Of a stretch of DNA of 64,000 bases, positions 25,025-38,739 are shown in pieces; position 1 is the first letter of the stretch, and each line of letters begins with the position of its first letter. Position numbers and translations under genes: made by a program. Origin of the DNA: Octopus vulgaris (taxonomy: Eukaryota); the NCBI GenBank assembly GCA_951406725.2, contig OX597820.1, positions 11,966,001-12,030,000 of the forward strand, given 5' to 3'. Below the pieces are notes generated by a model that was not told where the DNA came from, did no database searches, and worked only from the letters and a program-made list of their open reading frames with translations.

Positions 25025-25460
25025 ATGACGTAAAGAAAAGCTTGGACTTAAAAATAAACATCAGTGGAACAAGTGTATAGAAATGTGTTATTGACTGGGC
25101 ACATACTAACAAATCAAATTAGTTTAAAGATCTTGGAATTTTAAGAGAAAGTGGTGGATCTTTGGAAACTGAATTTAATAAAAAATTTAAAGATGAATCA
25201 AGCAATGTGAACGCTTTTAAATGTATGCATGGAAAACACTTAACTTGGCGATTTACATGGAAATTTAATTATATACGTCAATAGCAACAAAAAAAAAAAA
25301 AAGTACCAGGAATGCATTCCATATATGGAAGAGAGTGACGTGAAAGCAATCGAACTATAGCTTTTTGAACGATAGCTAATCGTTTTAGGATCTTTTAAAA
25401 TAAAGAATTACCAGCAATTTTGAGATTCAAAATAGTATGAGAAATGGAGAAATGAAGTGA
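25025..25460 (+). pseudogene. Old RTE-like reverse transcriptase fragment
   Basis: KSLDLKINISGTSV and FKDLGILRESGGSLETEFNKK resemble the RT motifs GLKINxxKTK and FKYLGS; many stops. Confidence 0.5.
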
Positions 25461-25499
25461 TGCGAGACCTAACAAAAGTACGGGATGAAGAAATAACTG

Positions 25500-25935
25500 T
25501 TTTTAGTTTAGGAACGATGCCAGCAATTTTGCGGGTAAGGCCTTTAGTCGAAACATTCGACTCCAGTTCTTTACTGATATTTCTTATCGAACCCGAAAAG
25601 AATGAAAGGTGAAGTTGGCCGCAGCAGGTTTTGAACTCAGAACACGAAGAGCCTGACCAGATACAGCAAAGTAATTTATTTTTTGCGATATTCTACGATT
25701 CTGTCGGTTCACCGTCTGGAAATTAAGAAATAATGGTTTAAAATTTTAGCACAAGGTCAGTAGTTTTGAAGAAGGAGATCAGTATATTATATCGATCTTA
25801 GAGTCCAACTGTTACTTATTTTATCGATCCCGAAAAAGAATGAAATGCAAAGTCGATCTCGGCAGGATTTCAACCGGAATAAATATCGCAAGGCACTTTT
25901 TCCGATGTTCTGCCGATTCTGCCCGCTCGCTGTTT
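25500..25935 (-). mobile_element. Two diverged SINE A variants
   Basis: Degenerate GAATGAAAGG..TTTGAACTCAGAAC blocks. Confidence 0.6.
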
Positions 25936-26378
25936 TAAGATTAATAATAATAATAATAATAAATAGTAGATGGTAATGAATAGGCTAAGTGCTTCGATCT
26001 CAGTGGGAAGGACGGCTGACACAGCAAACAGTAAATCGGAAAGTCTAAGGGGATTAGAAGGAAAGGAAAACCGAGGCCTTCTTGGGTATGAAGATGAAGA
26101 TGAAAAGAAGAGATAATGACTGATATTAAAAGCATGGAATTACCAAAGCTGCTGAGACAACGCGAAAGCTCTTTGACGTGAAAGCTCTTTGTGTGAAATA
26201 TCGTTGGAGGTGGTAACAGTAACACTATGATGTATATGCAAACACATGCACAGATACATACACGGATGCATACACACACACAGACACGCACAAACACACA
26301 GACACGCACAAACACACAGACACGCACAAACACACAGACACGCACAAACACACAGACACGCACAAACACACAGACACA

Positions 26379-26420
<42 letters not shown>

Positions 26421-26450
26421 TATATATATACATATGTGTGTTCAATATAT

Positions 26451-26494
<44 letters not shown>

Positions 26495-26495
<1 letters not shown>

Positions 26496-27195
26496 GGCGG
26501 CGAGCTGGCAGAATCGTTAGCACGCCGGGCGAAATGCTTAGCGGTATTTCGTCTGCGTTACGTTGTCAGTTCAAATTTCGCCGAGGTCGACTTTGCCTTT
26601 CATCCTGTCGATAAATTAAGTACCAGTTATGCACTGGGGTCGATGTAATCGACTTAATACCTATGTCTGTCCTTGTTTGTCCCCACTGTGTTTAGCCCCT
26701 TGTGGGTAATAAAGAAATAGGTATCTCGTCTGCCGCTACGTTCTGAGATCAAATTCCGCCGAGGTCAACTTCGCCTTTCATCCTTTCGGGGTCGATTAAA
26801 TAAGTACCAGTTACGCACTGGGGTCGACTTTGCCTTTCATCCTGTCGATAAATTAAGTACCAGTTATGCACTGGGGTCGATATAATCGGCTTAATCCGTT
26901 TGTCTATCCTTGTTTGTCTCCTCTGTGTTTAGCCCCTTGTGGGTACTAAAGAAATAGGTATTTCCTCTGCCCAGAGGAAATAGGTATTTCCTCTGCCTAC
27001 GTTCTGAGATCAAATTCCGCCGAGGTCAACTTTGCCTTTCATCCTTTCGGGGTCGATAAATTAAGTACCAGTTACGCACTGGGGTCGATATAATCGACTT
27101 AATCCGTTTGTCTGTCCTTGTTTGTCCTCTCTGTGTTTAGACTCTCTGTGTTTAGACTCTCTGTGTTTAGCCTCTTGTGGGTAGTAAAGAAATAG
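26495..27195 (+). mobile_element. SINE A multimer (three units plus internal duplications)
   Basis: One head; further units restart at AAAGAAATAG|GTATYTC near 26720 and 26958. Confidence 0.92.
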
Positions 27196-27441
27196 ATATA
27201 TAAATATATGCATGCATTATGTGTGTGTGTGTATATGTATCTGTCTGTCTGTCTATCTATATCTATCTATCTATATATCTGCTCAGTCATAATTAAATAC
27301 AGTTTAACATTGATCTGATGGATCAGTGTAAATTTGTAATTCTTAGACATGAATATTATCCACTCAGACTTCGAAATCCGACGACTAGCCGAAACTGCGA
27401 AGTCACTGTCAATAGTATTATTGCTTGCGAACAATATATGC

Positions 27442-27499
<58 letters not shown>

Positions 27500-27509
27500 C
27501 TGAGCTGAG

Positions 27510-27840
27510 AACCCCTTCGGTCATAACTGACCATGGGATTGAACCTAGAAAGTTACCCTCCAAGGCACAATCCGGGCAAGGTTATTTATGGAAGACCAGC
27601 AGTCACCCATGCTTAGTGGCCTCCCCTCTCCACGCCACCAGTGTTATCCAAGGGAAAGGCAAAGACCGATACAGCATGGCACCTGTGACATCGCAACTCA
27701 TTTCTACAGCTGAGTGAACTGGAGCAACGTGGAATAAAGTGTCTTGCTCAAGAACACAACACGCAGCTCGGTCCGGGATTCGAACTCGCAACCTCAAGAT
27801 CGTAAGCTCGACAATCCAACCTCTGAGCCATGCGCCTTCA
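27510..27840 (-). mobile_element. SINE C
   Basis: RC of 41695-42028. Confidence 0.9.
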
Positions 27841-28590
27841 CATACACAAATGTAGTTACGTATGTAATAATCGATATATACGTATAGACAGATGTATACA
27901 AGCACCCATATGTATGTGTATATGTGTGTGTGTGTGTGTACGTGCGAGTGTGTGTGTACACGTGAGCGTGTGTGTATGTATATGTGTGTGTGGGCGTGAG
28001 TAAGTGAATGCATATAAATTTCAGCAGAAATTAAACTTTGCCACCCACTCCTCTCACGATCAAATGGTGGCAAGCCAGGCATTTCCTCCATAAAGTGATT
28101 TAACCTGAAGGGTTTACCAGATTGTAGGCTGAACGTTTGAACAGAAGGTCTAGTATTGATTTCTAAACATCTATATTGATTTCTAACATCAGAAGGCCTA
28201 TTAATACCGTCGCTTAGCAGTAAGTATTTCGAACATCTGAGACCAAGATCCAATTTTAGAAACTCTGTGAGTAATCAACGCGGACATTGTGTAGATGACA
28301 AAATCAAAACTGTGTAGCTGATGATTTAGATCAGAACAGGTTAGATTTTTGCTTTCATCTCTACTTACACAGATGGAATTGTGTCAAGTAAATCAAATTC
28401 TCGTTCGTCTTTCTTTCCTTCCTCCCTTATTCCTTTATTCCTCTTTTCTTTGCCTCTTCATCTACGTGCCTTTTCTTGTTTTCGTTCTTATAACTCATTC
28501 TCCAACTCCACTCGTCTCCCCCATCTTTATATCTTTCTTCTCCCACCATCTCTGTATATGCTTCTCCGCCTCTATAACTTTCTCTCCCAA

Positions 28591-28821
28591 AGGCGGCGAG
28601 CTGGCAGAACCGTTAGCACGCCGGGCGAAATGCTTAGCAGTATTTCGTCTGTCGTTACGTTCTGAGTTCAAATTCCACCGAGGTCGACTTTGCCTTTCAT
28701 CCTTTCGGGGTCGATAAATAAAGTACTAGTTTCGCACTGGGGTCGATGTTATCGACTTAATCCCTCTGTCTGTCTTTATTTGTTCCCTCTATGTTTAGCC
28801 CCTTGTGGGCAATAAAGAAAT
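28591..28821 (+). mobile_element. SINE A
   Basis: Full consensus match; TSD TATAACTTTCTCTCCCA. Confidence 0.93.
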
Positions 28822-29889
28822 ATATAACTTTCTCTCCCACATCTCTATATATCTTTCTCCTCTCCCTATTTCTTCATGTTACTCCTCCCCCACCACATGT
28901 CTTTCTTCTCCTCATCTCTTTATCTATATTTATTCCTCTCTCCATTTTCTCCCTCTCTATACAGTCTTCTCTTTCTAATACTCTTCCTCCTACCCTTATT
29001 CTTCTTCTAGTTCTAACTTTCGTCCATTATTCCTTTTCTACTTTTGCAGTGCTAGCAACCATTCGATCTCTCTGCTCTGTTTTCTCTTAAAGTAAAATAT
29101 TTTAGGCTTAGACAAATTAACGAATTAGATATGATGTTGCAGCACCTACGTATTTGCGTGTGTGTGTGTGTGTGTGTGTGTGAGTGTATGTGCGTGTGTG
29201 CGTGTGTGAGTGTGTGTATGTGCGTGTGTCTGTGTGTGAGTGTGTGTATGTGCGTGTGAGTGTGTGCATGTGTGAGTGCGTGTGTGTGTGTGTGCGTGTG
29301 TGTGTGTGTGTGTTTCTGCGCGCGCATGTGTACAATCAATGACAACTGAGGCAAACTAATTAATACCACTGATTGGATAAAACAATTGCCGCAACAGTTG
29401 AGTTGTTAAGACATTTTCTTTTTCCTACTTTCCGAGTTGTCAGTTCATATTCTGTCACTAGTGTTCAATTCATTAAATAAAACATCGAAGAAAAAAAAAA
29501 AAAATGGAAGAAACGATTGAAGAAAAGAAGAAAAAAATGCGAGGAAATGCATCTATTTTTGAATTAATTCATATTTTATTTGTTACTGTTTTTGATCTTC
29601 TTTTCCTTTTCTTAAGCTTGTTTATATGTTTGCAAAGCAGAAAAAAAAAATTGAAAACACAGGCTTTTACATTTACACACAAATGTACATATTAAAGCGA
29701 TTAATCTTGTCATAAATCTTAGGAGTGTGTTGAGCCAACTCGCAACTCTGGCTTTTGTTGTATTAAGATGGAAAGTAATTTATTACTAGGCGAGTTGGCT
29801 TCCTACGAAAGCCTATTGAAAAAAAAAAAAAAATCTTTGTCGAAAATCTTCCGAAGTTGCTTTGTGTCTTTCATCTTTCTAAAATCGAT

Positions 29890-30108
29890 AGAATTAGTCT
29901 CTCTCCAATAGGTACAAGGCTTCAAATTTTGTAGGAGAGATCTAATCGATTACATCGATCACATGATGGAAGTCAAGGATAAACCTTTGACCGAAAGGAT
30001 GAAAAGCAAAGTCGACCGCGGCGGAATTTGAACTCAGGACGTAGCGACAGACGAAATACCGCTAGGCATTTCGCCCAGTGTGCTAACGTTTCTGCCAAGC
30101 TCGCCGCC
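29890..30108 (-). mobile_element. SINE A variant with a 30-bp foreign patch
   Basis: Consensus match except 29964-29993. Confidence 0.85.
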
Positions 30109-30129
30109 TTTTGAATTCAAATACTGCTG

Positions 30130-30406
30130 TATCTTTTATCTTTCACATTTTCCAGTCATTGGACTGCGGCTGTGCTGCTCCCCACCCCGTTGATGACCTT
30201 AATCGAAGAAATCAACCAATGTACTGATTTTAAACCTGGCATTTATTCTCTCTTCCTCATAGTTTCCGTCTACACACAGATTCACTCACAAGGCATTGGT
30301 CGGACCGGAGCTATAGTGAAGACATGTTCAAGGTGACATGCAGTGAGGTTGAACTGGAAACCATGTGATTGCCAAGCAAGCTTCTTAACCAAACAGCCAT
30401 GCCTGT
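30130..30406 (-). mobile_element. Diverged SINE B
   Basis: CAGTCATTGGACTGCGGC tail and CTTCTTAACCAAACAGCCATGCC head remnants. Confidence 0.65.
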
Positions 30407-30619
30407 GCTTTGGTCAGCTTCACCTTTTATCCTTTCAGTGTTGGTAAATTAAGTCCTAGTCAAGGCCATAATCGATTAAATCATTTATATTTTATTTATC
30501 AAACATCTGAAGCTTTTGAAATCACTATTCATTTATAAGTTTCATTGTTCTCTAGGTGTGAAAGAAAGACTAAAGTCACCCTACCTTTACATCAAGAGTT
30601 GACTGGTTTCTTTTTAGTT

Positions 30620-31340
30620 CCCAAGCGAAAATTTAGGGGTAACTCTGAATGATGTGCCGAGCGATATCTCCTCTATCCGGTGAAGGGATCAAGAGAGTGT
30701 ATGCCTGATTTTTAAAACTGAAACTTGGACGAAGAAGCCAGGGAACAGAAGAAAGAAGAAAGCAGACATGTACCCAACACCAGAGCTGAAGACACCTCCA
30801 AAAGGTGGGGCCCTGCCACGTCAAAACGGTAGAGTAGTAGGGGCCGAAACCGGACGTGGTTCCTCCTGATGATGTCTTGAGCTAACTGGATCCTATAAAG
30901 GAGCTGTTGTGGTAGCAGACCACGAAACACGGTTGTAATTCCTCAGCTGGGGTGTCATACCGCTGCCCATACACTAATGTTGTAATGTATCGTTCTGCGC
31001 AATACCAGAGTCGCGGTTAAAGGTTTATCCTTGACTTTCCATCAAGTTTGTGTTGAAATATAGGCAGGAAGCAGATAGAGAGTGTTACCAGAGCCGACAC
31101 GTGGCCATGCAATTCCGATCCCAGATGAACATGCTAAATTATTTGTGTTGGAGGCACTCAAGTAACAGATACAAGAGAACAGTAGAGCTAGCAGCGAGGT
31201 CTATAGACGACTTTGTTCAGTGTACCAATGTTTGCAACTTTGACAATCGTTTAAAAAGCTGTATTGTCCTCAGGTTCAAAGGCCGACGAACAGTAAACTG
31301 AAACACTCCCTCCAGTAGTACCACCCAATCACCTGGAGCG
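30620..31340 (-). pseudogene. Possible decayed Gypsy-like RT fragment
   Basis: GVFQFTVRRPLNLRTI..LSKLQTL resembles the Ty3/Gypsy RxxVDxRxLN motif; the remainder is frameshifted. Confidence 0.35.
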
Positions 31341-31880
31341 TGGAGAGAGATGGAAAATTCTAATCGGATGCAATAAGAAAAATGAAAACAAACAAAAGCG
31401 CAAAAAAAAAAAATGAACACAAATCAAATGTATGTAAGATGAATGAAGAGCCAATCAGGGATGACAGAGTTTTGAAAATCAACAATGAGTTCCTGATAAA
31501 AATTTACTACAAAACCTTAAGGTGGACAATGGAGACGATGTGTTGAGTGAGGGGAAAGAATTTAAATAAGAGTTCAAAAAACATCATTCAGATGGTAGAC
31601 TGCTGGCGAAGACAACAACGATTATCCGTTATGAACCGAATGGAGCCTGTCCAGAGGATGTAGCATGCTTCTTGTCGCGTGCGTACTTTGATCCAGCAGA
31701 GGGTTGGGCCGGTTTATTACCCATGTGTGAATGGGTTGCACTTATTAGCTGTGTACATTTGTGGACTTTTTACTGTCCTCATATATAACATTCTAGCTCC
31801 ACGCCTAGGTTGTACTTAACTATTAATGTACACCCCTACCTGTCATATATACCATTTGTGCTATATACTGTTATATATAT

Positions 31881-32030
31881 AAGGAGAGTTTACGAAAAAA
31901 AACAAAAGACAAAGACAGGTGGTGTACTAAACAAAGAGATGTATTAGTATAACGCTCAGGAATAGAAAAAGTCTTTTACGTTTCGAGCCTAACGTAGAAA
32001 AAACAAGGAGAGAAAAAAGGAGAGAAAAAA
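31881..32030 (-). mobile_element. Short Penelope-like element, internally deleted
   Basis: Homologous to 39856-40046; only the GGCTCGAAACGTAAAAGAC half of the hammerhead remains; in TA repeats. Confidence 0.6.
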
Positions 32031-32080
32031 GATATATATATATATATACTATATATACATACATATATATATATATATCT

Positions 32081-32626
32081 TCTATATATATAAAGCTGAA
32101 GTTGTCTGCGTGTGGTAGGTTTGGTGCCTAGCGGTATTTCGTCTGCCTTTACGTTCTGGGTTCAAATTCCGCCGAGGTCGACTTTGCCTTTCATCCTTTC
32201 GGGGGTCGATAAATTAAGTACCAGTTACGTGCTGGGGTCGATGTAATCGACTTAATCCGTTTGTCTGTCCTTGTTTGTCCCTTCTGTGTTTAGGTTTAGT
32301 AGCCTTCAACTAACACTATCTTCTCCGACACCCAGCGACGTATGATAGAAGGAGGCTTGCTCTTCATTCCGTAGAAGATAAAATTAAAATCGGACCATGT
32401 TAACAACAAAAATTATTTACATCGAAAAGGTGGGGTTTTTTTCTATGAAAATCCCTATTTTTTACGATTTTTTGACTGCTGTGTCGCTATTTTTCGGTGT
32501 ATTTCAACCAGAAAAATGTTCACTTAAAGAGAATAACAAGCTACATAATGTAAAATTTTTCCTTTTCAAAAATTCCAATTCTAAAGAGTCGAAACAAACC
32601 CGAGCAACGCCGGGCGATACTGCTAG
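32081..32626 (+). mobile_element. Non-autonomous Helitron containing a truncated SINE A (32129-32293)
   Basis: 5' TCTATATATATAAAGCTGAAGTTG; 3' CCCGAGCAACGCCGGGCGATACTGCTAG|T identical to 3321-3348. Confidence 0.88.
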
Positions 32627-32647
32627 TATATATATATATACACATAC

Positions 32648-32711
<64 letters not shown>

Positions 32712-33279
32712 GTTTGTGTGTGTGTGTGTATATATATACACATGTTTTGTGTGTGTGTATATATATATACACATGTGTGTGTGTGTGTGTGTACATATAT
32801 GTATTTATATGGGCCTTGTAGTAAACATCTAAAAGTATTATAATCATAATTATCAGCAGCGCCATTATCATTACCTTACCATTAGTCAATGTTGTAGAAT
32901 TGAAGTAGATATTCGATGAGTATGCGACACGGTATCGATTACCGATTGGATTCATTGAATTTTAATTACGTAGTTAATGCCTTTGAGAGAAGTCTTGAAC
33001 TTTGTATATAACCAGCTCATCAATAAATCATAGGTGTTTTGCTATAAAACAAAAAAAAAAAAAGACCCCGATTTTTATCATTGATAAATCTAGAGAAGAA
33101 ACGACCGAACTCGTAAGCTGCTTTCGGTTTTTTGGGTTGAGTAATTTTGTTTCAGTTTCGTTTCTGATCCTTTGGGGAAAAGCATATACGTCGCTTCATT
33201 CTACTCTGTCTCTCGCTTAGACTTCTCGTACCTCACGTTTATTAATAAGAGCGCCACCAACCATTCTTAGTATATAAAT

Positions 33280-33298
33280 ATATATGTATGTATGTATG

Positions 33299-33389
<91 letters not shown>

Positions 33390-33397
33390 ACACATTT

Positions 33398-33428
<31 letters not shown>

Positions 33429-33525
33429 CACATTTACACACACACACACACATATATATATACACATTTACACACACACACACACATATATATATATACA
33501 CATTTACACACACACATATATATAT
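33280..33525. repeat. (TATC)n plus (CATTTA(CA)n(TA)n) compound repeat
   Basis: Direct reading. Confidence 0.9.
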
Positions 33526-33529
33526 ATGT

Positions 33530-33715
33530 TACTCTTTTACTTGTTTCAGTCATGTGACAGTTGCCATGCTGGAGCACCGCCTTAAGTGAGCAAATCGATC
33601 CCAGGACTTATTTTTTTGTAAGCCTAGTACTTAATCTATCTGTCTCTTTCGCCGAACCGCTAAGTTACGGGGACGTAAACACACCATTATCGGTTGTCAA
33701 TCGATGTTGGCGGGA

Positions 33716-33720
<5 letters not shown>
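33530..33720 (-). mobile_element. SINE B, 3' half
   Basis: CTTGTTTCAGTCATGTGACAG..GCCGAACCGCTAAGTTACGGGGACG. Confidence 0.88.
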
Positions 33721-33761
<41 letters not shown>

Positions 33762-34748
33762 CTTACCAGTCAGCCTTTCTCTCTATCAATGATTTCGCTA
33801 CCTTCAATCCAAATAAATAAAATGAAAAAAAATATGATAAAACAAAAAAAAAAAACACATTTTCTTGTAAAAATATTGTGAATAAATTGTAGCTTTCCCT
33901 CATTTGCTTGGTACCAATGTTAGGAAGGCAACTAGGATGGTTGTGATTGGACAATAACAGCTAATCTACATATGCAACACTGGCTCTCGCATCAAGTTGA
34001 AATATTAGCAGCATTCTGAAGCTCTACTGCACTGCACCAGTGTCTCTCCACTCACAGATTGGGTCTATGGAAGGACAGAGGATACAAAGTAGGAGGGATA
34101 TAGAGTTCACCGGTACATATATTGAGTACATGTTTAAACACACACACACACACCAAGGTATCTTTCGTCTTCCCTCTCGGTCTCACTCTTCTTCTTCTTC
34201 TTCTTCTTCTTCTTCTTCTTCTTCTTCTCTCTTTCTCTCTCTCGGAAGGATTTCTTCTTTATATATTTTATATTTCTCTCCGCCCGATGCACACACACAC
34301 ACACATACATACATACATCCATGCATACGTACATGCACGTATACATGCAAATATACAGACACACACACATGTATATGTGTGTATATAAATGAATCTATGT
34401 GTGTGTGTGTACATATATGTATATGAATATAAACCGCTTTCTGTCTTTATATATATGTGTGTGTACATACACACACATGTATATATATATATATATACAT
34501 ACATAAATCATACATAAAAACATATATATATATATAGCATATAGCATGCATAAAGACTTACATATATGCACACATGCCTCTGTGTGTGTGTGTGAGTTTG
34601 TGTGTGTGCGTGTGTGTGTGTGTGTGTAATATTAATTCGCAGATTGGGTTTATGCTTGTACAGACAAGATGCTGTTTACTTGTCTCGGCAGCAACGAATT
34701 GTATGGTTATTAACTAAGGTATGCCTTACGTTTCAAATTTCTGCATGT

Positions 34749-34788
<40 letters not shown>

Positions 34789-35093
34789 GTGTGAGTGTGT
34801 GTGTGTGTATGTGTGTGCGTACAAACATATTCACACACATGCAGAGACACATATATATATATATACGTTTGAGTGTATAGGCAACCATAAACCATTCGAC
34901 TGCTCGCCTACAAAAGCAAAAAATGAATAAACAGATACAAACACATTTTTAATTATATGTTGTCGCCTTTTTATAATTTCTATTATATAAATATTATAAT
35001 GTTGGTGCTTCGCGAAATAACTTTCGCTGACTGTTCCCGCCCACAAAATTTTTCTCTTGTGTTGCTCGCAAATCAATATCAGTAGTTATGTTA

Positions 35094-36010
35094 GGGCGGC
35101 AAACTGGCTGAATTATTAGCATGCCGGACAAAAAGGCGGCGAGCTGGCAGAACCGTTAACACGCCGGGCGAAATGCGTAGCCGTATTTCGTCTGCCGTTA
35201 CGTTCTGAGTTCAAATTCCGCCGAGGTCGACTTTGCCTTTCATCCTTTCGGGGTCGTTAAATTAAGTACCAGATACGCACTGGGGTCGATGTAATCGACT
35301 TAATTCGTTTGTCTGTTCTTGTTTGTCCTCTCTATGTTTAGCCACTTGTGGGTAATAAAGAAACATATTAGCATGCCGGACAAAATACTTAGCGAGATTT
35401 CATGCATCTTTATGTTCTGAGTTCAAATAACGCCGTGGTCGACTTTCATCGTTTCGGGGTCGATGAAATAAATTCTAATGGAGTACTGGGGTCGATGTTA
35501 TCGACTTAACTCCTCCCTCGAAATTGCTGGCCTTGTGCCAAAATTTGAAATTAATATTTGTAGATATGTTAAGGCTGTGAACTGGCAGAATTGTTAGCGC
35601 GCCCGAAAAAATGCTTAGCGATAGTTTGGCTGTCATTAGGTTCTGAGTTCAAATTCTGCTGAGGTCGACGTTGCCTATCGTCTTTTCGGGATCGATAAAA
35701 TAAGTACTAATCGAGTACCGGGGTCGATGTAATCGACTTAACCGTTGCTCCGAAATTGCTGACATTGTATCAAAAAATTGAAGCCTAGTCGGAAAATACT
35801 TAGCGGCATTTCGTCCGTTTTTACATTTGGAGTTGTCGACTCTATTTTTCATCCTATCAGGGTCGTTAAAAAAAGAGAAAAATCCAGTCAAGCATTGGGG
35901 TCGTTGTAATCGACTTAGCCCCTTTACCGATGTCGCTGACCTTGAGCCAAAATTTGAATCCAATATCGGTAGCTATAAGGTGGCGAGCTGGCAGAAACGT
36001 CAGCACGCCG
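35094..36010 (+). mobile_element. SINE A cluster; young copy 35135-35364 nested in an older variant
   Basis: TSD ATTAGCATGCCGGACAAAA on both sides of the young copy; further variant units to ~35960 and an isolated head at ~35979-36010. Confidence 0.85.
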
Positions 36011-36066
36011 TGGATGACCGTGCCTCGCTCACCACTGAACGTGCCTCGCTCTCTGCCTGAACATGC

Positions 36067-36404
36067 CTCGGGTTTGTTTCGATCCTTTAGAATTGGAATT
36101 TTTGAAAAGTAAAAAATTATGTAGCTTGTTATTCTCTTTAAGTGAACATTTTTCTGGTTGAAATACACTGAAAAATGGCGACACAGCAGTAAAAAAATAG
36201 GGATTTTTCATAGAAAAAAAAGCACCTTTTCGATGTAAATAATTTTTGGTCTTAACATGGTCCGATTTGAATTTTATCTTCTACGGGATGAAGAGCAAGC
36301 CTTCTTCTATCATACTCTCAATTTTGGTCAACCTGCGCCGCAGGGTCTCGAAGGAGATAGTGTTAGTCGAAACAAACCCGAGCAACGCCGGCCGATACTG
36401 CTAG
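36067..36404. mobile_element. Rearranged Helitron copy (inverted body, forward 3' end)
   Basis: 36067-36367 is the RC of ~32310-32604; followed by forward TCGAAACAAACCCGAGCAACGCCGGCCGATACTGCTAG|T. Confidence 0.8.
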
Positions 36405-36778
36405 TTTGAAATATTACTGGAACAACAACGCAGCTTCATGAGGAATGCTATTCGTGTGTCTTCCCTTGTATCAAGTTTAAGACGTTTGGAGTATTTCAAC
36501 GAGAGCCAGAAATGAAATGTAAAACGTGTACTTGAAACAGCTGTTTTTGCACACACGTCGTTCGCAAGTTGTTTTTTTAAAGAACGTACAAACTTTCATA
36601 TGATATATCAAAATATATGCAAACAACATATATTTTGCAGAAAAACAGGATCGTTTTACCAAATCGGAATGCTGGCGCTAGGAACCGATCACTTCTAATC
36701 TATCAAACATTATTCTATAATTACATACTGAGTTTTATAATTTATGACTTTTCAGTGAATTAACACACACATGCACGC

Positions 36779-36814
<36 letters not shown>

Positions 36815-36867
36815 ATATATATGTATATATATATATATATATATGAATATATATGTATATATATATG

Positions 36868-36903
<36 letters not shown>

Positions 36904-36955
36904 TGTATGTATGTGTATCAGTATACATGTATGTATGTATCTGTCTATCTGTCTG

Positions 36956-37020
<65 letters not shown>

Positions 37021-37138
37021 ACTGTAACGTATGCGTTGTAAAATGTATTAGAAAAATATTTTCATGGGGTGTAATCATGTGCATAGATATCCTTGTTATA
37101 TAAAAACTTGATAGTTTCCTCAGGGTTTCGTACGCGCG

Positions 37139-37206
<68 letters not shown>

Positions 37207-37789
37207 CTCTCTCTCTCTCTCTCTCTCTCCTTTCTAACTCATTCTCTGACCTCATCTTCTTTGGAGAAATTATTCCCTCTTAGTATATTTGTAACTGTTA
37301 TGAATTAAAATCTGTTTTAAATATTTTAGGAGAGAAATGTTCTGAAATAATTTTACTGCTTCCTCAGTTTATACTTGTAGCATATTTTTCTGAGGAACGT
37401 TTGGAATTTGTCGAAGGCAGATTTTCTCTGATTAGACCAAATACACATGTGAAATATAAATTATATCTTCACTGTTATCGATATAATAGACTGTCACGTC
37501 CAGTTGTTCCGCTAGCAAGATAACCTGATCATTGGATGCTGGTGAGAATTGACTGTGTATTAATTCACATAGAGGTACTCTTGATACAAGTGTGACAAAG
37601 TTGGATTTTTGAAATACAAGTAAAGTTCATCTCACTGGCTTCTATCATTTCCAAGCATCAAAACTCCCTCACGATACTATAATAAATCCCCTGCCTAAAA
37701 TCTAATCCAGTCGGATCGACCACCTTATGGTTGCGAAGTTAACTTAATCATTACACTCAGGCTTATTGCGTCCACTGTCTATATTATTA

Positions 37790-38688
37790 TTGGATCATCC
37801 CATAAATAATGCTTGAACTAAAAGTCGTTGGGGTTAAACTACCTGCACCAACTTACTATAAAAGCAGGTAGTAATTTTACCTTCTCCTTATTATTAGTGC
37901 AAGTTTTCACGACTGCAGTTCGATTTTAACAGTTATTTTTTCAAAGCTATAATGGAAGTGACAAAGAAGCATATTTGGTATACTTTGCTTTAGGCGTTCA
38001 ATAAGGGCAACAACGCAACGGAAAAAGCGAGGAATATTAATGCAGTATATGGGGATTGGACAATAAGCGTAAGTCAGTGTCAACGATGGTTCCAGAAATT
38101 CCGAGCCGGAAACTACAGCCTAGAAGATGAGCCTCATCCTGGAAGATCTGTAGAGCTCGACGAGGACGTCTTGCAAACCCTGGTGGAACAAAATCCCATC
38201 GTAACTGTTGAGGAACTAGTAGAGAAGCTTAAATTTGGTCATTCAACCAGTCTTTGAAGTCAGTGCTAGAAGAAAAACGACCATCTTTGGTTTCAAGACG
38301 AAAGGTGTTCTTCCATCAGGATAATGCTCAGCCACATATAACGAGGATGATATTCCAAAGGCTGGAGCGGTCTGAATGGGAAACGATGTCCCACGCAGCA
38401 TATTCACCGGACATTGCCCCATCTGATTATCATTTATTCTGCAGTCTTCAAAATCATTTGGACGGGAAAAATATGAATTCTGTAGACGAGGTCAGGACAG
38501 TAGTGGGGGAGTATATTTCGTCAGGGACAAGTGAATTTTTGAAAAGACGCCTTGCAAGTCAACCAGATAGAAGGAAGAGCATTGTAGAAAATAAACGAGA
38601 GTATATTTTAGATTAAAAAATAACTTTGTTTATCTTAACTTTGAAAAATAAAAGTATAAAAACCCGCATTATTTATGGAATGACCCAA
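37790..38688 (+). mobile_element. Internally deleted mariner (Hsmar1-like transposase relic)
   Basis: TIRs TTGGATCATCCCATAAATAATGC / GCATTATTTATGGAATGACCCAA. ATG 37952 MEVTKKHI..QRWFQKFRAGNYSLEDEPHPGRS is fused to FHQDNAQPH..YSPDIAPSDYHLF; early stop and the WVPHEL/first-Asp region are missing. Confidence 0.93.
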
Positions 38689-38739
38689 TGTTTAGTATTC
38701 TTGATCATTGAATAAATAGTTTTAGTATATATGTATATC

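Noticed and set aside
27603-28253. 216-aa - strand ORF
   Set aside because: Runs through a (CA)n tract and a SINE C head; no recognisable domain.
37360-37680. Possible Gypsy RT remnant on - strand (VYYIDNSEDII)
   Set aside because: Too decayed to support by eye.
38254-38616. 120-aa ORF as a functional transposase or SETMAR-like gene
   Set aside because: It is only the C-terminal part of an internally deleted mariner with an upstream stop; no SET domain.
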